Positions 1 through 12,992 of a DNA stretch of 64,000 nt are shown here, piece by piece (the first letter of the stretch is position 1; each line of letters begins with the position of its first letter). The stretch is taken from assembly GCA_002104945.1 (NCBI GenBank), contig MCFH01000023.1, positions 186,001-250,000 of the forward strand, read 5' to 3'. The translations under genes were made by a program, and so were the position numbers. This DNA is from Piromyces finnis finn (lineage: Eukaryota > Fungi > Neocallimastigomycota). The notes under the pieces were generated by a model. It searched no databases. It was given only the letters and a program-made list of their open reading frames with translations, and was not told the origin of the DNA.

Positions 1-1138
1 CTTATTATTAGTTTATAATTATCTATTAAATATTAATAGTTGACTTTTTCATAGAATAAAAACTACTGAAAATGTAAATTATAAACTATTTAATAATGTA
101 TTAATTGGTATAAATGATTTGAATAATTAAAAAAAAAAAAAAAAAAAACATTTTCATTTCATTTATATAAATCATTAATATTATAAATATCATAAAAAAA
201 AAAAAAAAAAAAAACATAATTAATTATCATAATATATATAAATAAACATTATAAATATTATCTAAATATTGTAAATTCATCTTTCCTATTTAATAATAAC
301 AATAATTGTAAGATATTTGTTAAGCATATTGAAATGTATTGTAATGAATACAGTACTATTATATAAATCATGAATTTTAATATAATAATAAATTATATAT
401 CAATAAAGTTGACAATTATAAAACTTTACCATTATTCATCATAAAGTAAACTTTATCATTTTAAAGTTTATAATAAAACTTTATTGGTATTTTAAAAGGA
501 AAATATTAATAAACTTTTTATATAAAACATTTAAATCATATTCTTTTCTTTTTTTAAATCCATATATACCACTAATATTATTATTTAATCTAAAAATAAT
601 TTTTAAAAGTTTTAACAATACTTTTTATAGGTTTTTTTTTTTTTTATATTTACATAATATACTATTACTATTACATTTCCTTTTTACCAACCATACTTTA
701 AAATGACTGGTAAATTCCTTATTTAAATATAGTAAATGAAACGAAATTTTGCCAATTTTTAAAAAAAGGATTATAACCTTTTTTTTTCTTTTTTTACAAC
801 TCCAAAACTCATATCCCATTGAAATAATAATAATATTTTTTTTTTTCTTTATTAAAATTAAAAATATGCTTTTATTTTAAATGTGATTTTTTTTTTTTTA
901 TTATTATTAGAAATAGTTAACTGTTTATATCAATAATAATAGAAGTAAAGATATAATGCATTAAAAAAACAAAACTTATTAATTATAGTCTATGATTTTA
1001 AAAAGATACAATGGATAGTATTATAAAAAAAAAAAAATATTGTAAAGAAAATAAAATTTTTTTTTTGTTTGTTTTTAAATTTTTTTTTTTTTTTTAAAAA
1101 TTTACTTTATATTTTTCTTTCTTTTTTTTTTTTAATTT

Positions 1139-2098
1139 TTATTTTTTTTCTTCATTATTTTCGTTTTCATTATTTTCCAGCCTCTTATTTATTCTCTTCA
1201 GTAAAACACCCTTTTCACTAAAAGTGATATTTACAGTACTTTTATAGTGAATAAATAATTCAATAAATTCACCCGGAATCTTGGATACATTTCCTAAATC
1301 TTTTTCGGCTAGATTCAAAATTATTCTATGTTCTTTGGCATAGTTTATTAATAAATGGGATATTTTTAGATTCCTATGTTTTATAATGGCCAATAAAAGT
1401 GGATACCAACCATTTTTACCTTTTATATTTAATTGTAAAATATTTTCATTTTTTTCATAGTATTCAATTAATAAATTAATCATATCAATGTTATTATTGT
1501 AACATGCCCATGCTATTGGGTAATAACCATCTTCATTTTTTACATTTAAATTCAATATCACCTTTGATTTTGTAGCATAATCTATCAATACATTAACCAT
1601 TTCCATATTATTGTTACTACAAGCAAATATAATCGGATTATTTCCCCATACATTCTGTTTATTAAATTCTAAAAATATATGATGTTTTTCACAATAAGTA
1701 ATTAATAGCTTTACTATATCAATATTATCATTGATATAAGCCCATAAAATGGAACTTTCATTTTTTTTATTTGTATCATTTACTTTTAAAATAATATTAA
1801 TCTTATTGGCATATCCTATAATTGTAGTTAACATAGTAATGTCATTTTTATCACAAGCTGTTATCAATGGACTATTTCCATTTTTATCTTTTTCGTTTAT
1901 ATCTATTTCAATATTTTTCATGGATACATATTCTATGAATAGTTTTAGTTTATTTACTTCAGTTCCGTTTAAACATTCTCGAAATATTTTATTTATATCA
2001 TATGCCGTAACTCTGAAATCATATCCTTTATTTTTAAAATATTTATTGATTTTTCCTTTATTTTTTAGATTAATTAACTGTTTTAAAGAAAATTTCAT
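1139..2098 (-). CDS. Ankyrin-repeat protein (319 aa, intronless)
   Basis: About 6 tandem ~39-aa units of the form (I/L)NxKxxxG(N/Y/W)xP(L/I)xxACxxNNxxMxxLLIxYAxxxxIIL, e.g. INEKDKNGNSPLITAC, LNVKNEDGYYPIAWAC, LNIKGKNGWYPLLLAI. Confidence 0.85.
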   Translation of the reverse strand: MKFSLKQLINLKNKGKINKYFKNKGYDFRVTAYDINKIFRECLNGTEVNKLKLFIEYVSMKNIEIDINEKDKNGNSPLITACDKNDITMLTTIIGYANKINIILKVNDTNKKNESSILWAYINDNIDIVKLLITYCEKHHIFLEFNKQNVWGNNPIIFACSNNNMEMVNVLIDYATKSKVILNLNVKNEDGYYPIAWACYNNNIDMINLLIEYYEKNENILQLNIKGKNGWYPLLLAIIKHRNLKISHLLINYAKEHRIILNLAEKDLGNVSKIPGEFIELFIHYKSTVNITFSEKGVLLKRINKRLENNENENNEEKK

Positions 2099-3317
2099 TT
2101 TTCATTTTTTTCTTTCATGTAGGTTAACTTAAAATAAATAATAATAATAAGAATAAAAAAAGTTTTAATTGAAGTTCATATTATTATTATTATTATTGCT
2201 ATTATTGCTTAAATAAATAAATATTTTTTATTTTTTAATTCAATAAATATATAAAAAACATAATAAATAAAAAATAAATATATGAAGAAAAGGAAAACTT
2301 TTTAAGAAGAAGAAGAAGAATACAATAACAACAACAGCAACAACAACAACAACGATAATTATAATAATAATAAAAGGATTATCTATAAATAATTGTTTTG
2401 AACTTTTTTGTAAATACTAAATAATTATTTATAAAATATATAATTATTTAAATAGATATAAAATTTATTATTTATTTTATTTCTAATTTTATTTTTATTT
2501 CATAAATTTTTTTAGTTTTTAAGGTATATTGAATTTTTCAATTTTATCATTAGTATTTTTTTTTTTTTTTTTTTTTTTTTCTTTGAGAGGAAGAGTCAGT
2601 ATTAGAAAAAATTATTAAGTAACATTACAATTTTATCATAATACCTTTTTTTTTTTTTTTTTTTAAAAAAAAATTATAATTTCTTCTAATCCTACTGAAA
2701 TAGAAATTATAATAAAATAATCATATGGAATAATAATTGTAACAACAACAACAATAATATAGTAATAATAGTGTAGTAATAATAATAATATAATAATAAT
2801 TACAACAACAACAACAACAATAATAATAATAATAAAAGAATAACAGAATAATAACTTTGAAAAAAAAAAAAATAATGTTATCGTTGAAAGACAAAAACTA
2901 TAAAGTTATTTAAATTAACTCTATATATATAAATATATTAAGAGATTTTACAATAAAAATTATTCAAAGTTTACAATAATTTAACTTTATCTTATATACT
3001 TTATATATATTTATATTTTTATATTAGAAATGCCAATGTAGAAGTGTATTTATGGTTATCTTTTTTTTTTTTTATTTGTTAATTATTATATTTAAGTAAC
3101 TTTTCAAAATAGGATAACGATAACTATTGAAAATAATATTTTCTTTTTTTTTTTTATTTTAAATATTATATATATACATTAAATGAGTGTAAAAAATAAT
3201 AAAATAATAAAAATATAAATATTTATTTAATTAATAGTAATTTATTGTAAATATCAAAATTTTAATGATTTAATTGATATATATATTTGTAGATAGGTAG
3301 GTAGGTAGGGTTTCCCC

Positions 3318-5678
3318 TTAAATAACTGGTATACTATTACTATTAACAAAATAGTCGTAATCGGTGTCGTAGGATGCTGTAGAACTATCATGACGAGTAT
3401 ATTGTCTTAAAAGAGTACGAGAATGATATACTTCATCATTATAAATTTTTTGTTCGGCTAAAATTAATTCATATGGAAGATCCATGTCCAATTCAAAATA
3501 ATATGGACCAACACGAGGCTGAATATAATTATTTACTTCCTTATCGTCTACTTTTGAATCTTCTTCTTTCTCAAGAAATTGAAAATAAAAGTCTTTAACT
3601 TCTTCATTTTTGTTCTTAATTTTGGATGCCTTTTTTAAATGGTATTCTCTTTTGGGATTCCGTTGATTCGGAGTAATGTTTTCTTTATCATACTTTTTAT
3701 TCAATAAAGAACTATTAGTATCAAATTTTTGTGTTAATTTTGGATTGGTATTCAATGATGGAAAAGAATATAAAATGGAATTTCTATTCTTATTTAATAT
3801 GTCCAACATATAATGATAACCTAATGATTGGGCATAATCTAAAGGGGAAAGGCCATCCTTGTTTTTAATATTCATATTCGCATTGTGATCTCGTAAAATT
3901 TTGACAATATGGATATCATTGCTATTAATGGCATAGGAAAGAGCTGTATTACCTAAGGCATCTTGAAAATCAATAGGAATAGAGAGTTGAAGGAGAACGT
4001 TAACGGAATCTTGATGGTGTAACTTGGTAGCCAATATCAAGGCATTTTCTTTTCCGTGAGGATTGACACTATGAATAATTTCAGGATCCTTTCGGATGAT
4101 TTCTTGCATTAGCATAGGCTCTGTCATGGCACTTAACAAAAATAAATTATTACCGGTTGCTTGATCATAGTAGTTATAATCAAAGGTTGGATGATTTTTC
4201 ATTACATCTAAAATACCTCTTGGAAGTTTATACTTGAGCGCAAGAGTACAAGCATTTTCACCATATTTATTTTTTACGGATAAATCATAATTTTTACTAG
4301 TGTTCAATACATAGTGAAGCGTATGAATATCTTTTACAATGATTAAGATCATTAAAGGGGTATTACCGTCTTTATCCATCGGTAGATTAAAATTAAATCC
4401 CATATGAATAAATCGAGTAAGAATAAGAATATAGGGAAGATAGAATGCTGAGGAAACGGGTTTATTATAAAAAGAAACCATTGAATCACGGTGGTTTGAA
4501 TGGGATGAACTATAACGATAAAAGGATAAAGGTTCACTATAGATAGATGAGGCATAATCACCAAAAGAATCAAATGAAATATTTGATAATCTATAAAATT
4601 TATCATCTTCACCTTCTTCTTCTTCTTCTTTTTTTTTTATTTCCTCTTCTGGCCAATACATTTTTTTCATAATAATGGAAAGGGCTGATTCATACTTTGT
4701 ATTTTGATATTCATAATTACATTCATGATTATGTTGATTTAAATTCATTAATTCCTCTTTTCGTCCTTTTTCAGCAAGATACATAGCAGCTGTCCATTCC
4801 CTTTTATCTGTTAAATTCACATCTAAATCAGAATGCTGAGTTAAATATTGTATTGGCTCAAAAATATTGTTTTTACAACAATAGAGCAATACTGTTTCGT
4901 GTTTTTTATTAAGATGATTGACATTAATTTCGGTTTTTAATAATTCTTTTAATGTTGTTATATTACGTATAGCATAGAATAAAGCATTACGTCCTTGGTC
5001 ATCTTCATCCTTCAAACTATTACTGTCCTTTTCATCCGTATCAATAATTTCTTTATTAGTATTTTCATCAATGATATTACTATTATTATTATTATTATTA
5101 TTATTATTGGTATTTCCAATAGTTAAATTACTATTATAATTTTTATTATTAATTTTATTATTATAGATAGAGGGATTGTTTTTATAATTAAAAGTAGTAT
5201 GAATAGCAGGTTCATGGCTATTATAAGTATTATAATTTATAATATTTTGACGACCTGAATATGATAATTTCTTCACTACATATAATAAATCCGGATTTTT
5301 AGAAGCGTGCATTAATGCCGTTCTTCCTTTTGAATCACGAACATGATGATTGATGTTGAGAGTTAAAAGCCAATCCAAAATTTCTTTTTTTCCCAACTTA
5401 CATGCTTCAATCAGAATATTACTTTGAAGAAATACTGAATATACCCTACTAAAATAGGGTAGATTTAACATTTCTTCAATGAAATCTAATGGTGGACTGG
5501 TATTAAGTATTACATAATTAAGTTTCTTAACGTAGCTTCGAACAATTTCAGGATTGGCATTTTCGCCCAAATATTTTTTAATAATTTCTTTATTATTTTT
5601 AATTATATAAAAACATTCTTTGGTATTATTGTTTTTTAAATCAATTAATATTCTTAAATCTAATTGTTCAAAACCCAT
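3318..5678 (-). CDS. Ankyrin-repeat protein with low-complexity inserts (786 aa)
   Basis: Ankyrin motifs DSKGRTALMHA, DDQGRNALFYA, DKDGNTPLMIL, DALGNTALSYA and NKDGLSPLDYA, interrupted by poly-N, poly-E and Ser/Tyr-rich segments; single long ORF. Confidence 0.85.
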   Translation of the reverse strand: MGFEQLDLRILIDLKNNNTKECFYIIKNNKEIIKKYLGENANPEIVRSYVKKLNYVILNTSPPLDFIEEMLNLPYFSRVYSVFLQSNILIEACKLGKKEILDWLLTLNINHHVRDSKGRTALMHASKNPDLLYVVKKLSYSGRQNIINYNTYNSHEPAIHTTFNYKNNPSIYNNKINNKNYNSNLTIGNTNNNNNNNNNSNIIDENTNKEIIDTDEKDSNSLKDEDDQGRNALFYAIRNITTLKELLKTEINVNHLNKKHETVLLYCCKNNIFEPIQYLTQHSDLDVNLTDKREWTAAMYLAEKGRKEELMNLNQHNHECNYEYQNTKYESALSIIMKKMYWPEEEIKKKEEEEEGEDDKFYRLSNISFDSFGDYASSIYSEPLSFYRYSSSHSNHRDSMVSFYNKPVSSAFYLPYILILTRFIHMGFNFNLPMDKDGNTPLMILIIVKDIHTLHYVLNTSKNYDLSVKNKYGENACTLALKYKLPRGILDVMKNHPTFDYNYYDQATGNNLFLLSAMTEPMLMQEIIRKDPEIIHSVNPHGKENALILATKLHHQDSVNVLLQLSIPIDFQDALGNTALSYAINSNDIHIVKILRDHNANMNIKNKDGLSPLDYAQSLGYHYMLDILNKNRNSILYSFPSLNTNPKLTQKFDTNSSLLNKKYDKENITPNQRNPKREYHLKKASKIKNKNEEVKDFYFQFLEKEEDSKVDDKEVNNYIQPRVGPYYFELDMDLPYELILAEQKIYNDEVYHSRTLLRQYTRHDSSTASYDTDYDYFVNSNSIPVI

Positions 5679-8565
5679 GTCTTTTTTTTTTTTTTTTTTT
5701 TCTTTCTTTCTTTCTTATTTTGTATATAAATAATATATCAAATAAAATAAATATGAATAAGTAAATACTAATTGACCTGATTATAACAAGTTTTTAAATC
5801 GTGATATTACAGATAATTATATTACAAAATTATTTAATAAAATTTATTTATAAATATTTATAATACAAATGTATTAAAAGTTCATTATTATTGTAATTTT
5901 TCTCGTGTGAATTATGTGTTTTTCACTGATATATATTACTTTAATATTTTTAAATAATGAATTACTTTATACAATTATTATTTATTTATTTATTTACTTA
6001 TTTTTAAATAAAAGTTGTATTTAAAATAGAAATAAAAAGAATATATATATTCAATTTTGTTTAATTTTTGTTATTTTTCAAATTTTAATTTTAATTTTGC
6101 TTTTATTTTATTTTCTTATAAAAGTTTTATAAATTTTAATTATGAAACAGTATAAGTTTTATATTAATATAAATATTGTTTTTTTTTTCTTCTTTGTCTA
6201 TAAAACTTTTTATAATATCCTATAATAAATACGCTTTTTCGCCTTTTTCTTTCAACCTTTTAAACACGAAAATAATTTTAAAAAGTTGTTCTTTTATCCA
6301 CATTTTTAACTATTTTTTATTGGTTGAAAAATTAATTAAAAAAAATATTAACATAGGTTGGATGAATAATAAACAATTAAATAATAATAAAAATAATATT
6401 ATGAATTAAATAAAAAGGTGTATTTAAACCATTTCACTTATTGTTTATTTTCTTTTTTAAAATAAGAAATAAATAAATGAATAGATCTAATAAAAGACAA
6501 GATAAAAAAAAAAAAAAAAGATATAATAATAATAAAAATTTTGTTTATTAAATTTGTTTATAGAAATAATTTTTTATTATTAAATTTTTAAATATTAGTA
6601 TAATTAAGATTAACAATCAAAAATAATAAAAGTAGGTTAAAAAGATTTAGTAGTTTTAAAAAAGAAAAGGAATCTTTTTTTTTAAAAAAAATTTTTTAAT
6701 AAATATGAATTAATGTTTTAAGAAAGTGAAATTTAACATTAAATTGAAGAAGTTTTTATTAATTATGAATTGTTATTATTGAAAAACAGGCTCTAATATA
6801 AAAAAAAAAAAACCTAAATAATTAGGGTTTTTTGAAAATTTTCATAAAAAAAGATAGAGTGAGATGATTTAAACTTAATAAATGGTTATTTAAATAAATG
6901 TTTTTTTTTGTAACTATGCTTATATTTTGGCAATATACCACCAAGTAGAAAAAAAAAAAAGAAAATGATATATATTCCTTATTAAAAATTTGAATAATAT
7001 TAAAATAGGTTAATATTTTTTATATTATTGATATTAAATCCAAAAAATAGATGTAAATTTTATAGTAAATAAAATTACCAAATAATACATTGATGTTTTC
7101 TCTTTTCTATATCTATTTAAATTTATAATGAAATTTTAATAAATGTAAAATGCCCAAACAAAATTAAACCATAATAACAAGATAACAAGATATTTATAAT
7201 AATATTTATAATAATATTTATAATAATGTTTATTTAATAAAATTTAAATAAATATAAAAAAACAATTATTTTAATTTTTACAAATTAAAATGCATATGAT
7301 TGAGCATGGAATGACAAATAAAATAATCTAGATAAATGTGAATAAGAAATTTTTCAAAATGTGTATAGTTATAATGATATAGTATTGAAATAATAATAAT
7401 TAGATATTTATAAACTACATATGATGATATTAACATCTATTTTTTTTATATATCAATACTATTAAAATGTTTTTTGAATAAACTATTTATTAGTAAAAAA
7501 AAAAAATTGACAGTCTAGTCTAATTTGCATTTTAAATAGTAAATTATTAATAAAATAAATTATTAAGTAATAATAAAAATTAAAATTAATCATTTAATAT
7601 AAAAATAGTTGACAACTTTAATGAAATAGTTTGTTTGTTTCCAAAGATGAATAAAACTATTCATAATTAAATTTCTAAAAAAAAGAAAAGTAAAAAAAAA
7701 AAGGGCAACAACAATAATAGGATGTTTTCTATATATTTGAATATAATTCTATTTTAATACTAATTCTTCATTTAGAATTAAATTTATGATCATTCAAAAA
7801 TAAAAAAATTTTGATCCTTCATCCTCCACAAATTTAAAACTCATGTGAATAATATATAAGATATATGTATATATAGTATATATATAAAAATAGTTATTAT
7901 GGGATAAATAATGATAATATATAGAGATAGAATAATACTAATAATTAAAATAATAATAATAAAATATCAAAGAAATATTTTCTTTTTTTTAAGGATAGTT
8001 GACATTCAACAACTGACCTAGAGGTCATTTGAAAATGTTTTATTAAAAATTTAGCCTTCAATCAAAAATTCTTCATAATTATTGGTTAAGAAATATTAAA
8101 TGATAAAGGGAAAGCTGTCATTCTTTAAACTTTAATTGATATCTTTTTTTACATTGAAATTTATATTAAAATTATAAATATAAAAAATATAAAAAATTAA
8201 TAGGTAAACTTTATTTAATAAAATTAAAAAAAAAAAAAAAAGTTTATGATATTTCAAAAAGTTACAATTATAATATAATTCATTATTTCTTTATTTTTTT
8301 TTATGAATATTATATATTATATATTATAGTATTATTTAATCAATATATTATTTAATTCAATTGTAAAACAATAATGAAATAAAAACAAATAATATTTTAA
8401 AAAAATATATAGGATTAAAGTTATTATTATTATTATTATTGTAAGAAAAACTATATAAGCAATAAAAAGGTAAAGTTTTCAAACAAGTTAAAAAAAAAAA
8501 AAGTATTATTATACATAATTATTAATAATTATTAATAAGAATAAATATTATTCAAGAAAAAAAAA

Positions 8566-8841
8566 ATGCAAACTAAATATTCAGGAGGAATATTTCTTTT
8601 CTTTATTTGGGCTTTAGCTACCATAGCTTCTCCAATTCCAAAAAATAACTATATTAATATTCAAAATAAGGAAGCGGAATCCCTTTATGTTATTGATGAT
8701 ATATTTCAAACTATTATAGAAGATAAAATAGAATCCTTATTTGATAATTTATCAGAATCAGAAAATCATGATGATGATGATATTTATATTCCAGATTATG
8801 ATGAAGAAGATTATGATTTATTTTATTATATTAATGAATAA
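8566..8841 (+). CDS. Small secreted acidic protein (91 aa)
   Basis: ATG in A-rich context, hydrophobic signal peptide (GGIFLFFIWALATIA) followed by SPIP, Asp/Glu/Tyr-rich C-terminus; coding-like composition against very AT-rich flanks. Confidence 0.65.
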   Translation: MQTKYSGGIFLFFIWALATIASPIPKNNYINIQNKEAESLYVIDDIFQTIIEDKIESLFDNLSESENHDDDDIYIPDYDEEDYDLFYYINE

Positions 8842-9757
8842 TAATAACAAAAAAAAAAAAGTCATAAATGCAAAAATTGGTTCTAAACTCGAAAAATTCA
8901 TGAAACTTTTCTTAATTTAAAAAAAAGAAACAAAGAATTGAGAAAGTGTAAATAATTTAGAAGAATTCTAAAAGGTACCTTTGGACAAAAAAAAAAGATA
9001 ATTATTTAATGGTATTTTAAGTAAAAAAAAAAAAAAAAAAGATATTTAATATTCATTCCTAATACAACTAATAACACATTAATCGAAAATTTAATAAGAA
9101 ATTTTATATATAAAAAATTTCAATAGATATGAATATAGAATAGAAATAATAATACAAGTAATATTCTTATATCATTATACAATAATTATTAATAATATAA
9201 GAAGAATTAGAAAGATATATATCTTGTAAATCTTTTATAAAAAAAAAATAGAATAAACTAAATTAAAAATGTATATATTAATTTTGATATTTCAAATTCT
9301 ATTTTTATAAAAGATAAAAAAAATGAAGATAAAAAAAATATATTTATAATATTTATAATATATTTATTACATTCATTGTTTAATTTTAAATATATAATAA
9401 AAATAAAGTAAAAAAATACAAAAATTCAATATTTTAAAATGTGTTTTAAAATTTTTATATTGAAGAGTTTACTTTTTCGAATATCTATAGTTTTATATAA
9501 TATATATACAATTTAATTTTTTTTTTTTTTTAATTGTTGTATTATTATTGTATATTTTTGAAAAAATCAAAATCTTGTCATGGGACAAAATTATAATAGA
9601 TTACTTCTTTTCTTACGGAATATGACAGTCCATATGATATTAATGATATTAATAAAAAAGTGAGTGCTATTACTGAAAATAATCCTGTGGTGATGTATAA
9701 TAATATAAATAAAATTATCGAGACTCATTATAATATTATGTATTTTTCTTATGATGC

Positions 9758-11330
9758 TTATATTAATTCTAATAATATAAGCATCATAATATTACTATCA
9801 GAAGAAATATTATGATCTTTAATTGTATCATTAGCATTGTTATCTTCTAAGAATTCAAGGTCGTTATTTTTTTTGTGAATTATTAATATCTGTGTTTTTA
9901 CAAATTCATTTTCACCAAGTACTATGGCAACACTATTATGTAATTTATATATAATACCACCATTGTCACTTATAATTCCATTATAATATTCTGCATTAAC
10001 AAATAAAATCATACCATGTAACTTATCATATATATTGTATAATTCATTCGCATGAGCATCATTTAAAGAATCTATATCTAAATCTTCAATTAATTTACAC
10101 AAACTATTAACTGACTCAATTAAATCATTTCCCTTTCCAATTGTCCTATAATCTATTTCAGAAGATATTTTTCCATCTTTAAACACTACTCCTAAACCAT
10201 ATATTAAATTACCATTGTTGATATTTACTATACTTTAGAGTTTTCTTTATATTTTTCTTTTATTCTATTACCTTATTACATTAAATTTTATGTAAGCTAT
10301 TTCTTTTTTATCACCTATAATTTTACCTTTATATTCATCATATTCATTTTTAATGTTATCTTGATTTAAGAAATCATTACATAAATTATTATAGTCATCC
10401 TTCCTTATATTCATTCTTAAATTTGTTTATATCAAACGTATTAAGTTTATTAAATTTTTTTAATATATCATCATTATCTATTTTACTCAATTCATTTATA
10501 TTATTTTTACTTTTATAATATTCTATATAATCTTCTTTTTTAATGTCTTCAATAACTATTTTATTTAACTCTTTTGATGATAATATTTCAAATTCATTTT
10601 CTAAAACCTTTAATTTATTTTTTAAATTAGTTTTTTCCTTTTTTTTAAGTTTATTATTTTTATCATTTAGCTTATTATTTATTTCATTTTTTTCATTTTC
10701 TAAATTTTGAAGATACGTATTAAAATAATATTCAAATTTAGATATAGTAAAATCCATTTCAAGTGTATTGTCTTCGATAGTATTTTTAATTTTTTTCATA
10801 CAATTATCTCCTACCTCTCGATAATTTAAAAACAAATTAGAATCGATATTTAATCTGTTATTATTATCATCATAGAGAAGTAAGGCAGCTTTATCATTAC
10901 CATTCTTAATATATTTCTTAAAATTAGCATAATTAGAAGCTTTATTTTCATTACTTAAATTTGAATTTTTATCAAAAATACATATTATATTTAAATGTTT
11001 ATCACTATCAATTAACTCAACTTCAGTTAATTTTTTAACTATATCTAAATTTTCCATATGCATTTCAAATTGTTTATCCATACTTATTTTTATTTCAGGG
11101 TTATTAGAATCAACAGGATTATTACTATAATTAGGATCTTTATATCTTTCAAATAATTCGGATGTATACATATTTGAATTAGGATTATATTTTGTGACAT
11201 ATTCATGACCTAATCTATCACATGCTATTATTTCTGCTAAATTATATAAATATCTAAACTTTGCTTCAACTGCCTTCTTCCTATCTTTAGTATTAGGATA
11301 AGATTTAATATCATTATTAATAAGTTTTAA
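9758..11330 (-). pseudogene. Decayed, unidentified coding region (foreign or mobile-element-derived?)
   Basis: The non-LINE part of ORF 10395-11474 continues after a frameshift near 10400 (KDDYNNLCNDFLNQDNIKNEYDEYKGKIIGDKKEIAYIKF), then through stops and another shift (VNINNGNLIYGLGSV) into ORF 9758-10186. No introns, lacks the long homopolymers of host intergenic DNA, no recognisable domain. Confidence 0.5.
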
Positions 11331-11968
11331 TTTTTTATCAAGTGTCCTATTTGATTTGCACCATGTATATTTTCTAAATTTAGGAATATAATTGACAAGG
11401 TGTGAGATGATACAATTTGAGTTTTTCCACTTGTTAAAACATCTAACCTGAGCTAATGCGCATTTTGCAAACAATGGATATTCAAACCTTTTGAAATAAA
11501 GTATAAAGATATAAACGATACAGCTTTATGAACTCAGGCAATCCATCGTATTCCTTTGTTAACATGCTTCTGAGCAGTCCTAGATCTAGCTTTGTTGGAT
11601 CTAAGTAATGGTGCAAAGTATGAAACTCTGCTAATCACTTGTAAGTTAAGTACTAGCTTTTTGAAAGGGATAGGAATATTAGGATTTCTTAAAAATTTAC
11701 TGATTGAGAAAAGTTCTTTCAAAACCTTTTTATTAAGAGCTTTAATCACTGGTTTGAGGGACAGATTCTTATCAAATGGAACATCAAGATAAGTGAAATA
11801 ATCAGTAGTTGGATCTTTCTTGTTCTGATTTTCTATTGATTCAGGACGAATCACCATCGTTGAACATTTCTGGATATCAAATTTCATTTCATTATACAAG
11901 ACCCATTCATTAACTCTTTTTAAGCATCCTCTTGATGGAGCACAAATAACTATATCATCTGCAAAAAG
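11330..11968 (-). mobile_element. Degenerate internal fragment of a non-LTR retrotransposon (LINE) reverse transcriptase
   Basis: Extending ORF 11534-11899 upstream in frame to 11968 gives LFADDIVICAPSRGCLKRVNEWVLYNEMKFDIQKCSTMV (catalytic FADD motif plus W..NEMKF...KC), then YFTYLDVPFDKNLSL (YLG motif mutated to YLD) and thumb sequence. It has a stop at 11534-11536 and a frameshift near 11480 into AKCALAQVRCFNKWKNSNCIISHLV. Confidence 0.85.
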
Positions 11969-12992
11969 TCATTATCTGAAATGATGTTACCAGAAGAATC
12001 ATTATCTTTACTAAATCCAACCTACTTTTTATATTTAACACTACATCATTTTCAAATTTAATTGAAAAATGCATATTATCTATGATTTAATTTTTTGGTC
12101 TTTAAAATTTATATAATTACATAAATTCATTATTATATAAATGACACATAATAATAATAATAATAATAATAATATAATGAAATTAATTATATTTTAATTA
12201 CTTTTTGGTTATTTTACATTTATTTTACTTTTTTTTTTTTTATGTTTTGATTATAAAAGTTCAAAACATATCTTTTAAATAATTATAAATTATAATTATT
12301 TTCTATTCTTGTCTTATTCCAATATTTATATTTTTTTTTTTTTTTTTTTTTTACATTTTTGTATATATATATTATTGGTATTTTTTTTTTTATAATAAAT
12401 ATGATATATTATATTAAATTAATTGAATATTATAAATAATTTAGAATAAATAATATGAAATAAAATAATGGATAACTTTGAAAAAAAATATATAATTAAA
12501 CATTTTTTAGTAATAAATAAGAATAATAAGTTTTAAATATTTATAATTTATAATATACAAAAAGAGGAATGTTATTTTCATTTTTATAAATAAATATTTA
12601 AATCTAATTTTTTATAATTTAATAAATATTATCCTAATTAATAAATATTAAATTATTTTTTTTTTAATTTCTAATTTTAAAATACAATATTTAATTTTCA
12701 TTTAAATATTTTTTTTCTTTTACTTCAATCTCTTTACTATTAAATATAATCAATAATCCTTATATATATTATTCTCTTTTTTTTTTTAAAAAAAAAGGAT
12801 AATATTTTTATTTAAAACTATATAATCTATAGTATTAAATAATCTAATTTATGTTTATCATTATTGAAAAATTATAAAGATTTAAAGTAAAAAAAAATAT
12901 TATTAAATGATAACTAAATATATAAATAATTTATATTATTTTTTTAATTTTGATTTTGTATTCCCTTTTTCTTTTTCTACTTTATTTTTCAT

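Noticed and set aside
625-819. Small AT-rich ORFs at 625, 6176, 25212, 30096, 31461, 33283, 37371, 38954 and 39815
   Set aside because: Composed of homopolymer- or ATTT-repeat-derived F/I/K/L/Y residues; no coding signature.
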